Part shown: one piece after another, positions 13,089 to 27,786 of the stretch
How the letters are laid out: each line of letters starts with the position of its first letter
Numbering within the stretch: position 1 is the first letter of the stretch
Source: Octopus vulgaris
Taxonomy: Eukaryota
NCBI GenBank assembly: GCA_951406725.2
Contig: OX597838.1
Coordinates: 36,580,001 to 36,644,000 of the forward strand
Direction: 5' to 3'
DNA: 64,000 nt
Position numbers and translations under genes: made by a program
The notes under the pieces: model-generated
Told to the model about the DNA's origin: nothing
The model's database searches: none
Seen by the model: only the letters and a program-made list of their open reading frames with translations

Positions 13089-13879
13089 GTCAGTCTGTCT
13101 CTCTGTCTGTATATCTATCTGTCTGTCTCTATCTGTCTGTCTGTCTCTCTGTCTATCTAAATGCATACATATATGCGCATATGTATATATCTATATAAGT
13201 CTGTGTGTGTGCATGCACATGCACTCTCAATGATACTTTGGGAGACTGCTGAAGTTTGCTCATGTTGGCAGTGAATTTTTGGCAGTTCCCCGTTTCCCAG
13301 ATGAACCAATAATACGAAGACCAGATCAGGCTGAACAATCAGCTGTGGGGAATCAAGCACAGAATTCAATGAAACAATACCGGCTGAGGTACACTTGGCC
13401 AACACCCAGAATGTATACGCAGCAGTTGGAACCAGATGCCTCTTTTGTTAGCCATGCACTGTTAGGAAGCATTCTTTGCATCATCAACTTTTCGCTTTGC
13501 TTGCTCATGTTGGCGCGAAGCTGGTAATGGGAACAAAGCAAGGGAAAGAGGTTGGGGGGGGGGGAAGGGCAGTTTGGTTAACATAAGGGCCTTCATTTAG
13601 TTGAAACCCTTGCTGCACCACATCATTCTGTTTCCATCTGAATAACCATATTTTGCTGTTGTTGTTGTTGTTGTGTTTGTTGCTAATTGTAGGTTTATTA
13701 GAAACAAATAACGAAGCGGTAAAATCAATCGAATTTTGAGGCGTAAGCAGCTTTTGTTTAGCGTGTGAAGGACTTGATTGTTATTTCAATTATAACAAAG
13801 CCTCTGTGAGGATGAAACACAATAGCTGGCATGAGGTGGATTTGAACTCGGAATACAAAAGTGTGTGAAGAAATATTGA

Positions 13880-14133
13880 ACATGGCTGTGTGGTAAGTAA
13901 TTTGCTTACGAACCACATGGTTCTGGGTTCAGTTCCACTGTGTGGCACCTTGGGCAAGTGTCTTCTACTATAGCCTTGGGCCAACCAAAGCCTTGTGAGT
14001 GGATCTGGTAGACAGAAACTGAAAGAAGACCATTGTATATATGTATACATATATATATATATATTTCAATAGGTGAATGAATTATGCTGTGTTTACCGTC
14101 GGCAGGGAAAATTCGATGAACCAATACCAGGTA

Positions 14134-14164
<31 letters not shown>

Positions 14165-14587
14165 CTAAAAATACAAAATGGGACAAGAACGCAAAAGATC
14201 CAGATTGACGATACAAAAAACACGGACGGGTCATTCGAAGCCTTTAATCTTCAGTCAAGAACCAGAACATCCTCCTCACAATTTTGGCTGATTAATCTTG
14301 AGATTGCTCCAATCTGGCCAGCCCCAAAGGAAAAACTAAGCTAAGAGCATTAGATGTATGTGTATGTATACGTTTGTGTGTCTGTTTTTGTCACCCCCAA
14401 CATCGCTTGACAACTGATGCTGGTGTGTTTGCGTCCCCGTAACTTAGCGGTTCGGTGAAAGAGACCGATAGAATAAGTACTGGGCTTACAAAGATTAAGT
14501 CCTGGGGCTCGATTTGATCGACTAAAGGCAGTGCTCCAGCATGGCCACAGTCAAATGACTGAAACAAGTAAAAGAGTAAAGAGAGTA
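13880..14587 (+). mobile_element. SINE family A split by insertions in its internal (TA)n tract
   Basis: 5' half at 13880-14045 and 3' half at 14356-14587; foreign blocks at ~14065-14135 and ~14165-14355. Confidence 0.8.
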
Positions 14588-14955
14588 ACTCCCTTGACTA
14601 AGTAAGAGTAGATTTATGAGAGGGACAAAATTTATATTATTTACTTTCACTTTTGATTGCCTAGACACCACTTTTTCTTCTTATCAGTGAGCATGCTGGG
14701 CAGAAGACATTCAAGCAATCACAGCCCTCCCCTGGTATCTTGCTCTATGGAGCTCACAATGTAAGATGTTCATTGATGCACAGTTGGTAGTGTAATAGTT
14801 TACCTCTGCTGTCCCTTTTGATTCTGTTCTTCAATGATTTTTAAACTCTGCATTCTTCACTGTTCTCTGGTCTCTCTCTCTCTCTCTCTCTCTCTCTGTG
14901 AGCTTTGCTTTCTGGCCAGAATCATGGCTTTACCAGAGCTGGCTTTACCTTTGGA

Positions 14956-15174
14956 AGGCGGCAAGTTGGCAGAAACATTAGCACAACGGGCGAAATGCGT
15001 CTGCCGTTACATTCTAGGTTCAAATTCCGCTGAGGTCGACTTTGCCTTTCATCCTTTCGGGGTAAAAAAAATTAAGTACCAGTTACGCACTGGGTCGATA
15101 TAATTGACTTAATCCGTTTATCTTTCCTTGTTTGTCTTCTCTGTGTTTATCCCCTTGTGGGTAGTAAAGAAATA
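14956..15174 (+). mobile_element. SINE family B (tail type 1)
   Basis: Matches 10631-10854. Confidence 0.85.
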
Positions 15175-15175
15175 A

Positions 15176-15490
15176 TAATGAAATTATTGTATATAGTGCT
15201 CAGGTGCACCACAACTTGTGAAAAGTGCGTATAAAGCATATGCAGTAATGTAGAAATGTCTGTGATGTGAACAGTGTATGAGTCAAATACATGCTTGTGT
15301 GTGTATGGAGGGGAGAAAATTAGGTGTAGTGTTGGTGAATCTCAGGAAGCATGGAAGTTTTGAAGGATGCAGTGCTCTGACAACTAGCAACTGATGCCGG
15401 CAGTTTGTTCCATACTTCAGCAACTCTTAGCATGAAAAATGTTTCCGAAAGTCATGGGAGCTGTGCTGTTTTCTGACTTTGTAAACATGT
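15176..15490 (-). mobile_element. CR1-type LINE 3' fragment
   Basis: Homologous to 23030-23240 (gtgctcaggtgcac, aaaaatgtttccgaaagtcatgggagctgtg). Confidence 0.75.
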
Positions 15491-15698
15491 TTGGTTGTGG
15501 AATACCATACTTGATTTTAGAGACTGAGACTCTTGAAGGATTAAATGATTCCGTAGGTTTATTGAGTAAAGCTGCTTGCCATCCATGCTACAATTTGTCC
15601 TCTGTGGAAATCAGATAGGTCATATATCTTTATTTAAATGCGAATATCAGTGTAAAAAGCAGACAGAGGCCTATATCATGAAGTACTATGTATACATA

Positions 15699-15737
<39 letters not shown>

Positions 15738-15794
15738 TATATATATACACATATATATACATATATATATATACACATATATATACATATATAT

Positions 15795-15843
<49 letters not shown>

Positions 15844-15879
15844 TACATATATATATATATACATTTATATATATACATT

Positions 15880-15916
<37 letters not shown>

Positions 15917-16362
15917 TAGGAACAGTTTTGAATTTGTCATATAGCCAATAGAAAAAATACTTCAATAAGAAGTAAAGATTCTATTTATCATGTCCAACCT
16001 TTTTTATTGTGTGTGTATATATATATATGTATATACATACACACACACACATATATATATGCATACACACATATACACACACTAATATTGAATAGTAACA
16101 ATGAATGTTTGTAGCCCTCTCTCTCTCTAGTGTGTGTATGTATATATATGTGTGTGTGTATTTTATTTATACATGTATATATGTATGTGTTATATATGTA
16201 TCTCTATGCATACGTATGTATCTCTCACTCCCTTTCTATATATGAGTGTGTGTCTGTGAGATTATATATATATATATTCTCTATATGTATACACACATGT
16301 TCAACCTCAAGTTTATATTTTTAGATCACAAACAAATTAATATACACATAAAACAAATACAA

Positions 16363-16412
<50 letters not shown>

Positions 16413-17026
16413 GTGCATAAACATACACAAATACATATAGAGAAGTCAGGAATTTAAAAACATGAACATTTTACAAAATACAAAAAAGTCCCTTTTTTCT
16501 CCCCTAAAACTTTAAAAAAAAAATATATTAAAAATTTTCAATAAAATAAAATATCAAATCTTTCTAATCAATAAATTGATTGGATTTATAAACTGCCGAT
16601 GTGTCAGTTGATTGATGGTGTTGGGGGAAGAGGGGGCATTTGGTGTAGGGATGGCGTTGGGCAGGGTGATGGTGGCGGTGGCGGTTGTATTTGGGTGTGG
16701 CTGGGAGTTACGTCACCTAATGGTGATGATAATGGTTCTGATGTAGGGGATGAATGGTGGTGATGATGATGATGATGATGATGATGGCTTGAGTTTGATG
16801 TTGGTGATAATGACGATGCCGATGTTGTTCGAGATGATGTTGATGATGATGTTGATGATGCTGATAATTTTGATGATGGTGATGATGATGATGTTGATGG
16901 TGATGTTGACGATGATGATGATGATGCTGTCATTGGTGCTCTGCTATGCACTGCACGCTGTAAACTGCATCTTCTTCATCGTTTCTTTCTCTCTCTCTCT
17001 CTCTTTATCTATCTATCTATCTCTCC

Positions 17027-17097
<71 letters not shown>

Positions 17098-18589
17098 GGT
17101 ACCACCCTCCATCTCTCTCTTGTTGTCTCCCTGTCCCCTCCTCATCCTTGTCCCCTTTTCCCCACCTCCACCTCGCACACGTAACTTTTTTGATTGCCGC
17201 TTCTCATTCTTTGTTTGTTTCTGTTGTTTTTTCCTTTTGTTTTAAATATGTGATTGTGAATATATGCGTGTGTATGTGTGTCAGTCTTTATACATGTATG
17301 CGGGTACATATGCATATAGCTATATTAGTATGTGTATCTATGAATATATATATATATGTATATATACACATGTGCTGTGAGTGTGAATGTTTATACATGT
17401 ATTTGTATACATATATAAACACACACAATCATACATACATACATACATGTATGTTTGTATGTGCATAAATGTGCTTGTGGTATGTACATATATATATATA
17501 TATATATATACATACATATGTATATGTATATACGTATGTTTATATATATATATATATGTGTATATATATGTGTGTGTATATATGTGTGTATATATATTTA
17601 TATACATTTATATATATATATATGTGTGTATATATATGTATGTGTATATATGTGTGTATATATATTTATATACATTTATATATATATATGTGTGTGTGTA
17701 TATATATATATATGTGTGTATATGTGTGTGTGCGTTTGTGAGCATATGCACCTAAAAAAATTTAACAAGCTGGAGGGGGTGAATAGAAATGTCTTTACAT
17801 GCCATGTCTGTTTCCTCCACTCTCCTCCTCATCTCCAGCCTTTTGCTCTTCCTTTTCTTCTTCCTCTTCCTATTCCTTCTGGTGCATGTAATTCTGTTTG
17901 CACATACACACACACACACACACATTCACACACACACACATGCATACACACATGCACACACATGCATACACACATGCACACACACATGCACTTTGTTGCA
18001 GTAGAAAATGTTTGTGTATGTACATGAATACGATGCCCCTGCGTGCCTGTATGTATGTATGTGTGTGTGTGTGTATCTGTATGCATGCGTGCGCGTGTGT
18101 GTGTGTGTCATTCTGTATGCGTGCCTCTGTATGTAAGTGTGTATCTGTATGTTTGAATCCGTACATGTGTCTAAATATCTATACACACACACATACATGT
18201 TTGAGTGTCCATGTGCGTGTGTGTGTGTCCCCATGTGCATGTGGCTATGCAGGCAGGCTTTTGGAAATCTGTGTGTGTCTAACCCACTCCAGCTCTGTAC
18301 TTAAGAGTTGATATTCATCAACTAAAGACAACTTAAGTGGATTATTACCTCATTGTCGACGATGACGAGATGATGGCGATGACGGCGATGGGAGATGATT
18401 GCATTATAACGATAACAATAGACTATAGCATGATGATGATGATGATGAGGAGGAGGATGTTATCGTCAGTGTTGATGTTGGGAATAGCATGTAAGGATGA
18501 TGATGATGACAATGATGATGACGACGAGGATGATGATGATGATGAAGATGATGACAAAGCTGGTGATGATGAGTGTATGACACAGATAG

Positions 18590-18998
18590 CGATGATACTT
18601 GTGATGATGATGATGATGATAGTGATGTTGACAATTGTGATGATGATGGGGATGATGACGATGAGGATGATGAGAGCGATGATGATGACAGTGTTGATGA
18701 TGACGATGATGATAGAGATGGTGATAATTATGATGATGATGATGACGACTGTGGTGATGATGATGCTGATGGTGACAGAATGATTGTGATGATGACAGTG
18801 AGTGTGATGATGATGATGATAGTGATGTTGACAATTGTGATGTTGACAATTGTGATGATGTTGATGATAGTGATGATGACGAGGATGATGAGAGCGACGA
18901 TGATGACAGTGTTGATGATGACGATGATGATAGAGATGGTGATAATTATGATGATGACGACTGTGGTGATGATGATGCTGATGGTGACGGAATGATTG
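18590..18998. repeat. ~200-bp tandem duplication inside a (GAT)n-derived region
   Basis: gatagtgatgttgacaattgtgatg...gatgctgatggtgac(a/g)gaatgattgtgatga occurs twice. Confidence 0.85.
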
Positions 18999-19873
18999 TG
19001 ATGATGACGGGGGTGGGGTGGGTGGGGTGTTCAATGATGACGATGATGTGGATAATGCTGGTGACGATAAGGACAATGGTCATCGTCATTATGAAGGTGA
19101 AGACGAAGATGCAACGCTGATAACATGAGAGATGATGAAAACGACGATAACAACGGCAATAATTACACGACGATAATTAATGACGACAACAATGAAATTA
19201 TGATAACAATGATTGTATAATGAAGATAGTGACGAAGATGATGATGATGATGATGATGATTTATAATATTGACAATGATGACGACGATGATGATGATGAT
19301 GATGACAGATGACAATGATAATAACCATGATGATGATGATAATCATGGACAGTGTTTCTGATGATTATGTCTATGATGATGATGATGACAATGATGATGA
19401 GAGCAAATCACAATTCGTTTAATTAGCTATAAGGCGGACAAGCTTTTGTTTTCATTAACTACCTTCGTTGTTGTTGCTGTTGTTGTTCTGTTTTTGTTTT
19501 TGATTTTTTTTTCTTATATTTGTTTTTGCCAGTTTATATTTTTATACTTGTTTAAAACGAAAGATGTTTGTTATTGTTGTTCTTGTTCTTCTTCTTCTTT
19601 ACTTCCTTCCTTCCTTCCCTCCTTCACGTTTGATTTTATTCACTGGTTAAACGTGTGTGTGCATGCATGCATGCATGTGTGTAGGTGTGTGTTTTACGAG
19701 TCGGGGAATGTTTGGGTTACTAATTTAGTTTAAGGGTCTGAAACATGCAGAGTATTTAAAATGCAAATTAAAACAAATAAAAATGCTACTGTTTCAAAAC
19801 TATTCACACACACACACACACAAACCACACACACACACCACACACACACACACACACACCACACATGCCACCC

Positions 19874-19926
<53 letters not shown>

Positions 19927-19942
19927 GACACACACACACACA

Positions 19943-19983
<41 letters not shown>

Positions 19984-20182
19984 ACACACACACCACACAC
20001 ACACACACCACACACACATACACACCACACGCTCACACACACAGGATGCAATATCATAAGGGAAAGAATGACAGCAACGACTTCAAAGTCATTGTTATGA
20101 GACTCCTTGAAAAAGTCTCATAGATATGTACTTTAGAACAAGTATTGAATAATTCTTCAGTTTAATGTAAAATTTTGGGTGT

Positions 20183-20675
20183 CTGTAATGACATGTATAA
20201 GATCTGGTCATCAAATCTAAGTAGAGACTTCAAACTTGAAATCTTCAAAGCCACAGTCGAACCAATTCTACTATATGGCTAAGAAACCTGGACGTTCTCA
20301 AAGAAGCTTGAGAGGCAGTTGGATGGAACCTACACTCGTCTCCTTATGAGAGCTCAAAATCTCTCGTGGAAGCGTCATCCAACCAAAATGCAAATATATG
20401 GGAAACTACCACCTGTGTCATCTCTTGTGAAAGGTAGGAGAGTCCAGTTTGCTGGACATTGTTGTAGAGCTGAAAAAGAGGTAATTTCTACTCTTCTCCT
20501 CTGGAAGCTATCTACTCGCAATACCAGAGGGCGCTCACTCTCCTACCCTGATGCAATCTCCAGGGATACAGGCATCCAGCAACAGGACCTCCGTAATGCC
20601 ATGACGGACTGTGAAGTCTGGCCTAGCATGGTAAATTCCATTGTCTCGACCACGGTTGAACAATGATGATGATGA
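20183..20675 (+). mobile_element. 5'-truncated RTE LINE copy (same family as 38265-41151)
   Basis: Encodes DGTYTRLLMRAQNLSWKRHPTK...STTVEQ* followed by a (TGA)n tail. Probable TSD tgggtgt at 20176-20182 and 20676-20682. One in-frame stop near 20280. Confidence 0.9.
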
Positions 20676-20694
20676 TGGGTGTGTTTTATTTTCA

Positions 20695-21100
20695 TTTTAA
20701 CTTGTTTTCAGTCTTTTGACTGTGGCCATGCTGGGGCACCGCCTTGAAGAATTTTGGTCTAAGGAATCAGCTCTGCTACATGTTTTCTGTATCTTTTTTT
20801 TTAGGCATGATATACTTATTCTACCAGTTTCTTTTGCCAAGCTGCTAAGTCGCAGGGACATAAACACACCAACACCGGTTGTCAAGCCATGGTGGGGATA
20901 AACATAGATGCAAAGATGCATGGATATACACATACATATATGACTGACTTTCAGTTTCTGACAACCAAATTCACTCAGGAGGCCTTGGTTCACCTGGGGA
21001 GGCCTACAGTAGAAGAGACACTTGCTCAAGGTGCCATGGAATGGGACTGGACCCAGTACCATGTGGTTAGGGAAGAAACTTCTTATCACACAGTCATCCC
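20695..21100 (-). mobile_element. Diverged SINE family A copy
   Basis: Colinear with the family A consensus on the minus strand, with many substitutions. Confidence 0.75.
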
Positions 21101-21197
21101 TGTTAAAAAAATAAAACTCATTACAAAAACAAACATTAATATATAATATATATATGCGTGTATGTGAGTGTGTATGTATATATATATATATATACAT

Positions 21198-21368
21198 TTC
21201 AAAATGTGACCTCGTGTATACCGTTGGCGATTTTTTTCTTCTGTCTTCCCTTCTCTGGATCTTTCCTTCTCCTATGTTTCCGACGAAGAGCTCCCTGAGC
21301 ATCCAATAATACTATATTTGTTCCACGTCCTCGCGTTGTTGTGTTTTTTTGTGCTTTCTTGTTTGGAT

Positions 21369-21372
<4 letters not shown>
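21198..21372 (+). mobile_element. Penelope-like hammerhead module family 1 (copy lacking GAAA/stem III)
   Basis: Near-identical to 31961-32172 and similar to 62321-62525; flanked by (TA)n; about 35 bp deleted after gagctc. Confidence 0.65.
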
Positions 21373-21416
<44 letters not shown>

Positions 21417-21423
21417 TACACAC

Positions 21424-21558
21424 ATCATCATCATCATTGTTTAATGTCCACTTTCCATGTTGGATGGTCTGCAGCCAGAGGCTGCACCAGGCTCAATCTG
21501 ATCTGGCAAAGTTTCTACAGCTGGATGCCCTTCCTAATGCCAACCACTCCGAGAGTGC
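21424..21558 (-). mobile_element. Repeat family D (RTE-like tail ending in (GAT)n)
   Basis: Reverse complement of ggagtggttggcattaggaagggcatccagctgtagaaac...catggaaagtggacattaaac(gat)n. Confidence 0.7.
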
Positions 21559-21712
21559 ATAGATATATACATATGTATGTATATATCCATATATATCAAT
21601 ATATATGTATCTAACAAAGAAAGAGAGAGAGAGAAACGGCTCTGAATTCATTTACCATAGTGATGTTGGGTGTGTTTTTCTCAGATCTGGTCTCCATGTC
21701 TACACACATCAT

Positions 21713-21763
<51 letters not shown>

Positions 21764-21925
21764 TCACAGACCCCAGTTAGTAATTCCATTATTGTCAGTT
21801 ACCATTTCACAGTGACATTGAAACTGAGATGAAATTAGCTGTACGTCACACGAGTGCTTTCAGTAAACTATCAATATTTGCCAACTGTCTGCAACGGTGA
21901 TGAAAAATATATAGGAGTGTGTGCA

Positions 21926-21959
<34 letters not shown>

Positions 21960-22021
21960 CGGCGGTATATATTTATGCATATATAGGTATATACGTCTAT
22001 ATATTTGTATATAGGTATATA

Positions 22022-22065
<44 letters not shown>

Positions 22066-22259
22066 TGCAAAATATACAAACATATATGCCTAAATTTATG
22101 CACTACATACACACATATATACATGCATACATGTACCTATCCATGAATATACACATTCACACACATGCACATGTATATAGATATGTATATATATATATGT
22201 ATATATATGCATACATACATACATATATATATATATATGTATGTATGTATGTATGCATA

Positions 22260-22336
<77 letters not shown>

Positions 22337-22985
22337 GCATATCTATGTGCATGTGTGTGAATGTATATATTCATGGATATAAGCATAGGTATATATATAT
22401 ATATATATATATACATACACACACATACACACACTCACATGCACCTATGTACGCAGATATATATCTATAGATGTATGTAACTGAAAAAGTTAGTGATGAA
22501 AAAAAAAAGATATATGAACGACAAATATCAAAAACAATTAAATGCAAGAGCCAAAAATCAAATGTGAAGAAATATTTCCCGCCATGAGGGAAAGACTAAT
22601 TCAATATTAGATAAATATATGAGTTAAACTGATAATCACGAATGTTTAACAGAGGGTACCACCAAAAGAGATATTCTGTGGAAATGGTAAGTCGACTAAA
22701 GTGAAACTAGTACTTGTTTAGTATTTTATTTAATTGACCCGGATGAGATGAGAAGTAAAACTGGACTTGATTGGATTTGAACTGAGAATGTAAGGAACTA
22801 GGATAGATAGATAGCTACTGTGGCTGTGTGGTTAAGGAACTCACAGTGCAACCATGAGCTTTTTTTGCGTTCAGTTCCAATGTGCAGTACTTTGGTGAAA
22901 TGTCTTTTACTGTATCCCTGAATATTGAATATTGACCAATAGCTTGTGAGGGAATTCGGTAGGTGGAAACTGAAAGAAGACTGTC

Positions 22986-22988
<3 letters not shown>

Positions 22989-23028
<40 letters not shown>

Positions 23029-23346
23029 TGTGTACAGTGCTCAGGTGCACTACAACTCCTCTAAAGTGTATATATAATCAGGTGTAGTTTCGGCGGATTT
23101 CGGAAAGCATGAGGGCCTTAAAGGATTTAGTGTCATGGCAGTCAACAACCGACGCAGGCAGTTTATTCCATGCCTCAGCAACTCTGAGCGTGAAAAAATG
23201 TTTCCGAAAGTCATGGGAGCTGTGTTGTTTTCTGACTTTGTAGGCATGTCCATGTGTGTTAGACACATGGAGATCAAAAAGGTGTTCAGTGTTGTTGTTG
23301 GTGAGGTGGTTTACCAAGTCCGTCGCCAGACGCCGGAGCTTCAGTA
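22989..23346 (-). mobile_element. CR1-type LINE 3' fragment with (ATT)n tail
   Basis: ORF 23078-23350 reads LRRLATDL...THGHAYKV...RKHFFTLRVAEAWNKLPASVV...SFK, the typical CR1 ORF2 C-terminus. Confidence 0.85.
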
Positions 23347-23379
23347 TCAATCTGTCTGTCTGTCTGTCTAGCTATCATG

Positions 23380-23416
<37 letters not shown>

Positions 23417-24033
23417 ATGTGTTTATTTCCTCCCTGCCTGAGGTTAACGTGGTCTTTTCCGTAGGCTTTTCTTTCCACAGATAAACCTAATCTTGTTTCT
23501 TACTTTTTAAAAATTTCTTTCTGTGATATATGATCCCTTTTGATCACTTTTTTTTTACCTGACTCCTTTTGTTCCCCCTTTTTTCCCTTTTACTTTTCCA
23601 TTTTCGGAAAGAAAGCTCTACATTTGTCCTCTCTGTTCAGCCCTGTGTGGCCAATAAAGTTATCTATCTATCAACTTGTCTGTCTGTCTACCTATCCGTC
23701 CATCCATCCATCCATCCATCCATCCATCCATGTGCGTGCATGCGTTTCTCTGTTCTGAGATCAAATGATGGTTGTAAATGAGCATCACCATCATACAAGC
23801 GGTGTTGTTCATTTCTTGTCTTCCATGCAAAAAAAAAAAAAAAAGAAATGAAAAACCCATGTCTAGCCATGGGAAAATATTACCTTGCTTGAGACAGGCA
23901 AAGAGTTGCTGACAGGAAGGGCATTCAGGCAGAGAGAAAATCTACCTCAACAAAAATTCCTTCTGACCAATGCCGACATGGAAAAGTGGACGTTATATGA
24001 TGTTGATGATGGCATAAACTATATACACATATA

Positions 24034-24426
24034 CTCTTTTTTACTCTTTTACTTGTTTCAGTCATTTGACTGTGGCCATGCTGGAGCACTGCCTTTAGTC
24101 GAGCAAATCGACCCCGGGACTTATTCTTTGTAAGCCCAGTACTTATTCTATCGGTCTCTTTTGCCGAACCGCTAAGTGATGGGGACGTAAACACACCAGC
24201 ATCGGTTGTCAAGCAATGACACACAAACACACACACATATATACATATATATATACATATATACGACAGGCTTCTTTCAGTTTCCGTCTACCAAATCCAC
24301 TCACAAGGCATTGGTCGGCCCGGGGCTATAGCAGAAGACACTTGCCCAAGGTGCCACGCAGTGGGACTGAACCTGGAACCATGTGGCTGGTTAGCAAGCT
24401 ACTTACCACACAGCCACTCCTGCGCC
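24034..24426 (-). mobile_element. SINE family A, full length
   Basis: Reverse complement of the family A consensus. Confidence 0.9.
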
Positions 24427-24619
24427 TATATGTGGCTATGTGGTTAAGAAGTTCTCTTTGTACACACGAGATTTTGAATTCAATCCTACTGCATGTTAGC
24501 TTGGACAAGGTTCTTCTGCTACTTCTAAATGGCTCTATGCTAACGAATATGTTTTCAGTGAAAGCTGATTAACAGAAATTATGCAGAGATCTCTCCTATG
24601 AGCTCCATATTATTTCGCC

Positions 24620-24836
24620 TGTGTTTGCCCCCCTAGCATTGCTTGACAACCGATGCTGGTGTGTTTACATGTCCGTCACTTAGCGGTTCGGCAAAAAAGA
24701 GACTTATAGAATAAGTACTGGGCTTACAAAAAGAATAAGTCCCGGAGTCGATTTGCTCGACTAAAAGGCGGTGCTCCAGCATGGCCGCAGTCAAATGACT
24801 AAAACAAGTAAAAGAGTAAAAAGAGTAAAAGAGTAA
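24620..24836 (+). mobile_element. SINE family A, 3' half
   Basis: Matches 12220-12408; a diverged head precedes it at ~24430-24600. Confidence 0.85.
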
Positions 24837-25363
24837 GTGTATCAAATATAGTCAAACCTACAACCACACACACCAATATTGCAAATTATCTCCATACCCT
24901 CAATTCTACACTTCGTTTTTGTCCAACAATTTCGTTGAAAAACTAACAAATTTCCCAGCTCTGTTTATTTTTCATTTCTGCTTAAGCAATATTCATAATG
25001 TAATTATATTGGTTCGTCTTTATTTTTCTAATAAAACCAGTCTTATAGTGTTATTATTATTATTATTATTATTGTTATCATTATTTTCTCATCCTTACTG
25101 GATTTATGTTTGTTTGGTTATTTTTTTAGTTTTTTTTTTTTCTGTTTACATAAAACCACCGTTTTCCCTTTTCTTCCTTGTTTCTTTTTTCACTCGTTGT
25201 TCCTCTCGATGTTGTTGTTGTTGCGTATATTTTTGCCTTCATTACAGTTATTGAAAATTAGGATGGACAGACGAACAAATGTTTGTATTCTACTCATGCA
25301 CACACACAAACACATGTATATATGTGTAAACATATATAGACATACATATATATATATATATAC

Positions 25364-25444
<81 letters not shown>

Positions 25445-25533
25445 TAAATATATGTATACGTGTGTTGTGTGTGTGTGTATATATATGTGTGCATGATACA
25501 CCTCCATGATTATATATATATACCAGAATATGT

Positions 25534-25564
<31 letters not shown>

Positions 25565-25600
25565 TATATGTACATACGTGTATATATATATATATATATG

Positions 25601-25645
<45 letters not shown>

Positions 25646-25762
25646 GTATGTATACACACACACACACACACACATGTATTCAGTATAAATTTATAAAATC
25701 TATTTACTTATTTATAAATACACATGTGTATATAGATATGGATATCTATCTATCTGTGTGTA

Positions 25763-25820
<58 letters not shown>

Positions 25821-26332
25821 CAGATAGATAGATAGATGTACATATAAGCATATATGCATGTGTGTGCCCATGTCCGTGTGTGTGTGTGCATGTATAAGGA
25901 CATAGCGTATCACACTAAATTTAAAAGCTTTTGAATTGAAGGCCGATTGTGGGAAATAAACAAGCAAAAAAAAACTCTAAACTCCCCCTCCATCACCACC
26001 ACAACCATTTGCTACCAACAAAAATAATAAAAAAATCAAGCAAAGATGACAATAAAAAAAAGCAAAGAATCTCCCCCAAAATATTGAGGAGTGTGACACA
26101 CATACATGCGCGTGTATATATGTGTATATATATATATGTATATATATGTATATAAGTGTGTATGTGTATATATATATGTATATAAGTATGTATGTGTATA
26201 TATATATGTATATATACGTATATAAGTGTGTATGTGTATATATACATGTATATATTTATGTATGTGTATATATGCATATGTTTATATGTGTCAGTATGTG
26301 TATATATACATGTATATGTATATATATGTGTG

Positions 26333-26387
<55 letters not shown>

Positions 26388-26397
26388 GTGTATATAT

Positions 26398-26429
<32 letters not shown>

Positions 26430-26590
26430 GTGTATATATATATATATATGTATATGTGTATATATATGTATATAGGTATATGTGTATATATATATGTATA
26501 TAGGTATATGTGTATATGTATATATATGTATATGTGTATGTATATATATGTATACGTGTATGCATATATATATGTATGTGCATACCTATA

Positions 26591-26628
<38 letters not shown>

Positions 26629-27109
26629 TATATGTGTATGAATGTATGTATGTGTGTGTATGTGTGTATCGAAATTTAGTAAAATAAAATGAATGGGTAT
26701 TTCAGGAAATTATAATATAATGACTGAGGTAAAATGAGATATATTGTCTAAAAAAAAAAAATGAAGAAAAAATGACAAAAAAAAAATTATAATAAAATAC
26801 AGGTGTAGAGTTGAAATAGTTTCTCCATAAAGAAATGTGGTGTACACTGCTTTTCAATTATGTTGCTGACACGGGGAAAAAAAGATGAAAAGGAAAATGA
26901 AATGAAACGGTTGTTGTTTTTTTTTTATTGTTCTTTTCTTTTTGTTTTCCTTCTATCTGCAAAAGCGCAACAAACAAACAGATATTTGTCGTGTGTGTGA
27001 GAGACACTATATATATATATGTGTGTATGTGTGTGTGTGTGTGTGTATACATATATATTCACATATATATGTATACACACATATGCATACACACACATAT
27101 GTAAAAGCA

Positions 27110-27157
<48 letters not shown>

Positions 27158-27249
27158 TGTATGTATGTATGTGTACTCTCACGCATGTATGTAAATACAT
27201 ACATATATATATTTATATGTATATATATGTGTGTGTGTTTTTGTGTGCG

Positions 27250-27309
<60 letters not shown>

Positions 27310-27310
27310 C

Positions 27311-27368
<58 letters not shown>

Positions 27369-27421
27369 TCATGTATATATATTTATATATAAATATAAAT
27401 AGGTATTTATAAATACATACA

Positions 27422-27455
<34 letters not shown>

Positions 27456-27606
27456 CGCACGCACACATATTAACACCTTTGCATATGTGTATGTGTGTGT
27501 GCATGTGTGCACGCATATAAAGGTAATGTATAATATTGCTGTCTCCGAATATTATTCTCTCTCCAACTCTACAATTCCTCTGACTCTTCGTCTCTGGCCA
27601 CACCAG

Positions 27607-27786
27607 GTGGCACGTAAAAAGCATCCACTACACTCACAGAGTGGTTGGCGTTAGGAAGGGCATCCACCTGTAGAAACACTGCCAGATCAGACTGGAAACT
27701 GGTGCAGCCTTCTGGCTTCCCAGATCCCCGGTCAAACCGTCCAACCCATGCTAGCATGGAGAACGGACCTTAAACGATGATGATGA
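27607..27786 (+). mobile_element. Repeat family D
   Basis: ggcacgtaaaaagc...ggcgttaggaagggcatcca...aacccatgctagcatgga...aaacgatgatgat. Confidence 0.75.

Noticed and set aside
14230-14260. Minus-strand CTGAAGA...GAA as a hammerhead
   Set aside because: There is no GAAA and no convincing stem II or III pairing.
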